NCBI RefSeq assembly: GCF_051860225.1
Contig: NZ_JBHYEI010000001.1
Span: 1,174 to 65,173, forward strand
DNA from: Sediminibacterium sp.
GTDB lineage: Bacteria > Bacteroidota > Bacteroidia > Chitinophagales > Chitinophagaceae
DNA length: 64,000 bases
Reading direction: 5' to 3'
Shown here piece by piece: positions 58,869 to 64,000 of the stretch (position 1 is the first letter of the stretch; each line of letters starts with the position of its first letter). The position numbers were made by a program, and so were the translations under genes. The notes under the pieces are model-generated. The model saw only the letters and a list, made by a program, of their open reading frames with translations, had not been told where the DNA came from and ran no database searches.

Positions 58869-60995
58869 TCACTCCACAAACCCCTTCTGCGTAGCAATAT
58901 ATCCTAAGGGCCGAACAATCGTAATAAAGTACTCGCCTTTAATGGCATCAACTTTTAGGTCATGACGCTGACCTGGTTTTAATGCGGGAATCTCATATGC
59001 CTTTGTTTGCAAATAATTATCGGTCTTGCTTGAAATGTATAGCGCATATCCTTTCACAGTATGCTGCGGCAAGCCCATACTACCGTAAAGCGTAATGTTC
59101 AACTTCCCCTTGCCCCAACCAGACACATGTTGTATTTCGATAGGGGTGGATTGTTCTCGCAACACTTTCATAGAGGGTTTTGGCTTCCCATACATATCGT
59201 ACACACCATGTATTCTTCTACGGAATTTTCCAATATCAGTGGTGCCTGGATAATGCGTTCTATAATCAGTTAAATCAAAATAGATTGCTCCTTCTACATA
59301 AGGCTTACTCTCATAAATGGCCATATGATAAATTAAGTCTTCAACTCTACGCTCATCACCACCTTTAAAATTGGGTTCACACAATCCAAACTCTGAAATA
59401 AAAAATGGTTTGGTTGGATAACTCATATGTACACTATCTAAATACAAATGAATCTTTCCTGTTGGAATACTCCACCAACTTCCTCCATACTCATTCATCA
59501 TTAAATAATCTCCTTCTGCGGCAGCATCAGGAACAAAATTTGGATGGGTAATATATCCATGCGTTAGGGTATTACTAACATACGCGGTATGACGACTAGG
59601 ATCTAGCTCTCGTGAACGTTTCATTAATGCACTAATAAAAGGTTTCATGTCTGCATCTCTAGCACGTAATTCATTGCCAGCACCCCAAGAAAATATACTT
59701 GGATGATTATACATATTCGAAACCATTCGCTCTAATTGAGAAAATGCAATTTGCTGAACTGCTTCACTGGCAGGTGTTTCAGGCCCCCATAATGGAACTT
59801 CTTGTTGTACTAATATTCCATTGCGATCGCAAAAATCATAAAACAAATCATCTTGTTGAAAATGTTGTCTCGTAAAAATCGCGTTCACGTCTTTCATCAA
59901 TTTGCAATTGGCCAAGATCACTGAATCTGTTTCAGCGAATCCATAATCAGGGTTTGATCCTGCTGTCCATTCTACACCCATTAATTTTATGCGTTCTCCA
60001 TTTAAATGCGTTTGTCCGTTAATGAACTCCAATCTTCTAAAACCAACAGTGGTTTCTATTTCATCCACTTGAACGACACCATTCATTGCTGCTACGCGCA
60101 CTTGATATAAATTCGGAAAATCAATATGCCATGGTTTTACCTTCGGGATTGAAACTGTTGCGTAAGCATTCACTCCGTCCCATTCAGGCGTTACTAATTG
60201 AGTAGTCATTTCATTTTTTGCAAGTTCATGCACCGTTAAATTTGGCTGATGGTGTAATCGCTTATACTGATCTAATTCAGGAGTAATTTGAATATTCAGT
60301 TTCAATTTAGTTTTTACCCCTGCATATTTTTTCTCAAGAATTGCTTTATTAAATGGCAATCGAATTTTTACTGTTGCCGAAGAGTCTTTATGTAAACTAG
60401 GTGTTACAAATATTTCCTGCGGCGCAACTAAATTTGTAACAATCATTTTTACTTTACGAATGATGCCCCCATCATTGGGCCAATCAAAGGAGTTACCAAA
60501 AGGAACTTTATTTTTTCCATAATCGTTATTAACCGCAACAGTTAATATATTATCTGAGCCAATCTTTAATTTACCCGTTAGGTCTAATTTAAACTTACTA
60601 AATCCATCTCCAATATTCTCCGCTACTTTTATGCCATTCAAATAAATATGCGCCGTATGATTGATAGCGCCAAATTCAATGATGGTTTGTTTATTTTTAT
60701 AGGTCGCTGGTATAGCTATACGCTTTTGGTACCAAGCCCATCCATAATGGGTTTGATTACTATCTTCAATATTCCAGGTATGGGGAATCGCAACAGTTCT
60801 GGCATTAGGTAGTGCGCTCAAATACCACTCACGCTTAAATCCCTCCGATTGTTTATCGGTTACAAATTGCCACTGATTATTCAAATGAATTGTATCGCGA
60901 TGTGTAAAGGACGATAAGTTTCCGCGTTGCGCAAACAAAGACAATTGACTACAACATATAAAAACAAAAAAGAAACTTAATTTAATGCGAAACAT
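58869..60995 (-). CDS. GH2 glycoside hydrolase (beta-glucuronidase/galactosidase-like)
   Basis: PHTWN, WYQK, FGAINH, WGAGNEL (acid/base), PFFISEFG (nucleophile). Confidence 0.88.
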   Translation of the reverse strand: MFRIKLSFFFVFICCSQLSLFAQRGNLSSFTHRDTIHLNNQWQFVTDKQSEGFKREWYLSALPNARTVAIPHTWNIEDSNQTHYGWAWYQKRIAIPATYKNKQTIIEFGAINHTAHIYLNGIKVAENIGDGFSKFKLDLTGKLKIGSDNILTVAVNNDYGKNKVPFGNSFDWPNDGGIIRKVKMIVTNLVAPQEIFVTPSLHKDSSATVKIRLPFNKAILEKKYAGVKTKLKLNIQITPELDQYKRLHHQPNLTVHELAKNEMTTQLVTPEWDGVNAYATVSIPKVKPWHIDFPNLYQVRVAAMNGVVQVDEIETTVGFRRLEFINGQTHLNGERIKLMGVEWTAGSNPDYGFAETDSVILANCKLMKDVNAIFTRQHFQQDDLFYDFCDRNGILVQQEVPLWGPETPASEAVQQIAFSQLERMVSNMYNHPSIFSWGAGNELRARDADMKPFISALMKRSRELDPSRHTAYVSNTLTHGYITHPNFVPDAAAEGDYLMMNEYGGSWWSIPTGKIHLYLDSVHMSYPTKPFFISEFGLCEPNFKGGDERRVEDLIYHMAIYESKPYVEGAIYFDLTDYRTHYPGTTDIGKFRRRIHGVYDMYGKPKPSMKVLREQSTPIEIQHVSGWGKGKLNITLYGSMGLPQHTVKGYALYISSKTDNYLQTKAYEIPALKPGQRHDLKVDAIKGEYFITIVRPLGYIATQKGFVE

Positions 60996-61034
60996 TTTTA
61001 AAATTTTAGGATAAACAAAAAGAATCAGCCAGTG

Positions 61035-63509
61035 CTAACGAACTACTGGCACAAAAGTGAACATATATTTAGCAGGATTCTGCCAATCTTTTCCGCTGAG
61101 TTTTCCGATAGGAATTTTGATGCGCACATCATTCCATCCTTTTTTCAAAGGAATCATAGTAGGTTCACGGTATTCGTACCCTTCATCTACTAATGGAATT
61201 TCAGCATTCCCTTTTTGACCTGCCCGCTTCCATTCTGGAGGTGGAATAATAGTACCGTTAACCATAACGGTTGCATGGTGCTCATTCCATGCAAATGCAT
61301 GCGGTGAATCAGTTGCAGGAGAACGAGATATATTATTAAAGCCAATCCAAAATGGCTTGGTTGCATTTTCCTCACTCCAAATTTGGGTCGTTGCATACCA
61401 AATTTGATTGGGTTTGATTGAATCAATTGCACCTTTAATCAAGGGCGCCCACCAATGACGCAGCACTACTGTACCCCCAGTTACGGTTTTCACCAATTTG
61501 TCTTTTGCATCATAGAGCTTCCACTTAATGGATGACTGTGCTTGATAAGGAAATGAATATTTAATTCCTCTTGCATCTGATGAATTAAAATGTTGTTGCT
61601 GATGATTCAATAAGCGCGACTCAAATTCAGCAAATGCTTTTTCATCTCCATCGCTGATATTTGCAATCCATCCTGGTTGACCACCTCCTCTCCAACTTCT
61701 TTCTGCAAATGCCATCATAGCTGGATAAACCGGATTCATTTTCAATACATCTTCTTGTGTTGCAATGGCTCTATCATGCCAAGTGCAAATGATGGCGCCT
61801 AATGCATTATCGTCTCCACTGTTTCTGTTTGCCAACTGTCTATTAAAAATAGTAGTAACTGCTTCCAAAGGATCCATATGATTCAAATACAAATGCCTTG
61901 AATCAATATACTGAACTTGCTTATCGTTAGTGATTTTTCCTAAGTCGTCCATCCATAATTGACGAATAGTACTATCTAAAAAGTTGCCACCTGGTTGCCA
62001 TCCAATTACTTTCTTTCCAAAGCTTTGTATATACTTGGTTACTTCAGGAATAAAATTAGGATTGGTAATTTTTACTTCGTCTGCACCAATATGAATATAG
62101 GGCACATCGTAAGTTGTGCAAAATTCTTTGAGTATATTTTTTACATACACAATCCCAGAATCACTTTGCATATCTACTTTCATGGCTCGTTTAAATGCTG
62201 CACTATGACCGGGCATATCTATTTCTGGCACAAATAAAATATTGCGTGCTTTGCAATAAGCAATCAACTCTTTAATTTCTGCTTCGGTATAATACATGCC
62301 TTTATTGCGGAGCATATGTTCTGGCGCTGTTAATTGCGGATACTGCTTAATTGCAATACGCCAAGCAATGTCTTCGGTTGCATGAAAATGAAATACATTC
62401 AATTTATACTTCGCCATGATATCAATTTGCTGTTTAAGCAAATCCATCGACAAATAATTTCTTCCTACATCAATCATATAGCCTCTCCAAGCAAATGCAG
62501 GCGCATCCTTGATTTCAACTGCATCTATGGTTTGACCATTACGTGCTAATTGTTGCAAGGTTTGCATCGCATTGAATACGCCGTGCTGTGTTGCTGCTTT
62601 GATGATGATTTGAGTAGGGCTTACGCTCAGCTCGTAGGCTTCAGTAATACCATCAACTAATTCTATAGTCACTTGCTCCTTCAAGGTTTTACCAGCATGC
62701 AACTGAAAATATCCCTCTTTCCAATTCACTTCCTTGGGCATTGGAATCAGCGCAGGCTTCTCGGTTAATCCAAATACTTTTGGATAAATTAAATGACGCC
62801 AATGTTGATAACCCGCTCCAATTAAATGCAATCCATCATTGGTATATTTTGCATCTAGTAACCCCTGCGCATCTACAAACTTCGAATGCAAATCAATGTA
62901 TTCGAATCGGTGTTTTGCTGACGCATCTTTCAATAATTGATTCGCACGTATAACTTGAGTTCCCTTACTCACTTGACCCGGGAACTTTCCAAAGCTAGCA
63001 TTCACTGGTAAAATGCTTTCAATGAAAACTTTTGTACTAGGGCTCTCTTGTTGTATATAATCGTTGACCAATAAAATATTTTTCACTACCGAATCAGGAG
63101 ATACGCCCCTACCTAAATCATTAATACCGATCATTAAAAAAACTTTGGCCGGCTTTCGATCAGTCACTTCTTTTAACCGATGTAAAATCCCTGGAGTCAT
63201 ATCACCACTTATGCCTCTATTCTTTATTCGAATATCATTGAACAACTCGTACCATTCACTGCCGTCATTTATACTATTCCCTAAAAAAACAATGTCTCGC
63301 TTAGAATAGGGCAAAGTACCCATATCGTTCTGCATTGATCCTGCCAGATTCGGCATTGATTTAAATAAACTGTATCGCTGGTGGTAATAAGTATTAAATA
63401 TTGAATCAGGATAAGTAGGTAAAACAATTTGTGCATTACCCAACATTGAAATACCCAACAAGGATATACAAAAGAGTAGGACCAGTTTGTATAAAAAATT
63501 ATTTTTCAT
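61035..63509 (-). CDS. SGNH/GDSL esterase fused to GH20 beta-N-acetylhexosaminidase
   Basis: IVFLGNSI, NRGISGD, IGINDL, DGLH; then WRGYMIDVGR, HFHATED, PEIDMPGH, HIGADEV. Confidence 0.9.
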   Translation of the reverse strand: MKNNFLYKLVLLFCISLLGISMLGNAQIVLPTYPDSIFNTYYHQRYSLFKSMPNLAGSMQNDMGTLPYSKRDIVFLGNSINDGSEWYELFNDIRIKNRGISGDMTPGILHRLKEVTDRKPAKVFLMIGINDLGRGVSPDSVVKNILLVNDYIQQESPSTKVFIESILPVNASFGKFPGQVSKGTQVIRANQLLKDASAKHRFEYIDLHSKFVDAQGLLDAKYTNDGLHLIGAGYQHWRHLIYPKVFGLTEKPALIPMPKEVNWKEGYFQLHAGKTLKEQVTIELVDGITEAYELSVSPTQIIIKAATQHGVFNAMQTLQQLARNGQTIDAVEIKDAPAFAWRGYMIDVGRNYLSMDLLKQQIDIMAKYKLNVFHFHATEDIAWRIAIKQYPQLTAPEHMLRNKGMYYTEAEIKELIAYCKARNILFVPEIDMPGHSAAFKRAMKVDMQSDSGIVYVKNILKEFCTTYDVPYIHIGADEVKITNPNFIPEVTKYIQSFGKKVIGWQPGGNFLDSTIRQLWMDDLGKITNDKQVQYIDSRHLYLNHMDPLEAVTTIFNRQLANRNSGDDNALGAIICTWHDRAIATQEDVLKMNPVYPAMMAFAERSWRGGGQPGWIANISDGDEKAFAEFESRLLNHQQQHFNSSDARGIKYSFPYQAQSSIKWKLYDAKDKLVKTVTGGTVVLRHWWAPLIKGAIDSIKPNQIWYATTQIWSEENATKPFWIGFNNISRSPATDSPHAFAWNEHHATVMVNGTIIPPPEWKRAGQKGNAEIPLVDEGYEYREPTMIPLKKGWNDVRIKIPIGKLSGKDWQNPAKYMFTFVPVVR

Positions 63510-63515
63510 AGCATT

Positions 63516-64000
63516 TTATTCAACAATGAATTCATCTGCAAAAATCCAAGCTGGTTTTCCTTCTCCTGAATGACCCTTCGGTAGTTGATCTAATACTTTA
63601 GCGGTAACTTTTACATAGCGCGCTTTCATTGAAGTAAAAGAAGTAGTAAAGTTTTTTATCTGCGCGGCTTTATCGCTTGTAGATACTGTATTCGCAACCG
63701 TCTTAATTTCAGTAAAATGAACCCCATCTAATGACACTTCAAACTTTACCCACTCGGGCATCATGATCCAATCATTATAATTTTGTAAACATCCTAGTGA
63801 CAACAACTGAATATTTTTTTCTTCTTCTAAATCAATTACTGCAATTAAATCTTTTGCGGATATTCCATGCCAAAATTGATTAATTGCAGTAGTACCCTTA
63901 ATACCATCCGTTAATGAGTTGGGGCCATCTGCCATATAATACCTGCTAATCGGATTTGTATAATTCACTTTTTTACCAATCGCTTTATGCAAGGCAAACT
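63516..64000 (-). CDS. C-terminal F5/8 (discoidin)-like domain of a larger CAZyme; 5' end lies beyond the window
   Basis: Frame is open to the window edge (..FALHKAIGKKV); LTDG..G, WHG, IDL, ARYVKV, WIFADE. Confidence 0.75.
   Translation of the reverse strand, partial: FALHKAIGKKVNYTNPISRYYMADGPNSLTDGIKGTTAINQFWHGISAKDLIAVIDLEEEKNIQLLSLGCLQNYNDWIMMPEWVKFEVSLDGVHFTEIKTVANTVSTSDKAAQIKNFTTSFTSMKARYVKVTAKVLDQLPKGHSGEGKPAWIFADEFIVE

Overview
AT-rich Bacteroidetes chromosomal segment; the gene content (gldJ/porU/porV, TAnnTTTG promoters) suggests a gliding lineage, possibly Chitinophagaceae-like (inference). 1-42.3 kb: two surface-polysaccharide gene sets interleaved with the T9SS/gliding block. 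The left set has two Wzi-like genes, GT11, GT2, two phosphoglycosyl transferases, Wza and a DegT aminotransferase. The right set has Wza, Wzz, a UDP-HexNAc dehydrogenase, Wzx, Wzy, GT4s, the fnlABC/L-FucNAc pathway and acyl/aminoacyl-decoration genes. About 26 kb of glycan genes sit between porU and porV, and one acetyltransferase sits between gldJ and porU. 42.5-50.8 kb: porV-murF, a putative iota-carbonic-anhydrase lipoprotein with DUF2490, then three tandem toxin-antitoxin pairs in a region punctuated by four copies of a 43-bp palindromic element. 50.9-55.2 kb: a TonB-dependent receptor/lipoprotein pair under six 11-bp-phased TGTTA repeats (Pho-box-like). 55.2-58.9 kb: an XRE-XRE-hipA-sulfatase-like module with palindromic operators. 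58.9-64 kb: GH2, an SGNH-GH20 fusion and a truncated CAZyme. I saw no rRNA, tRNA, CRISPR array or intact integrase. All family calls are from motif recognition; no database searches were run.
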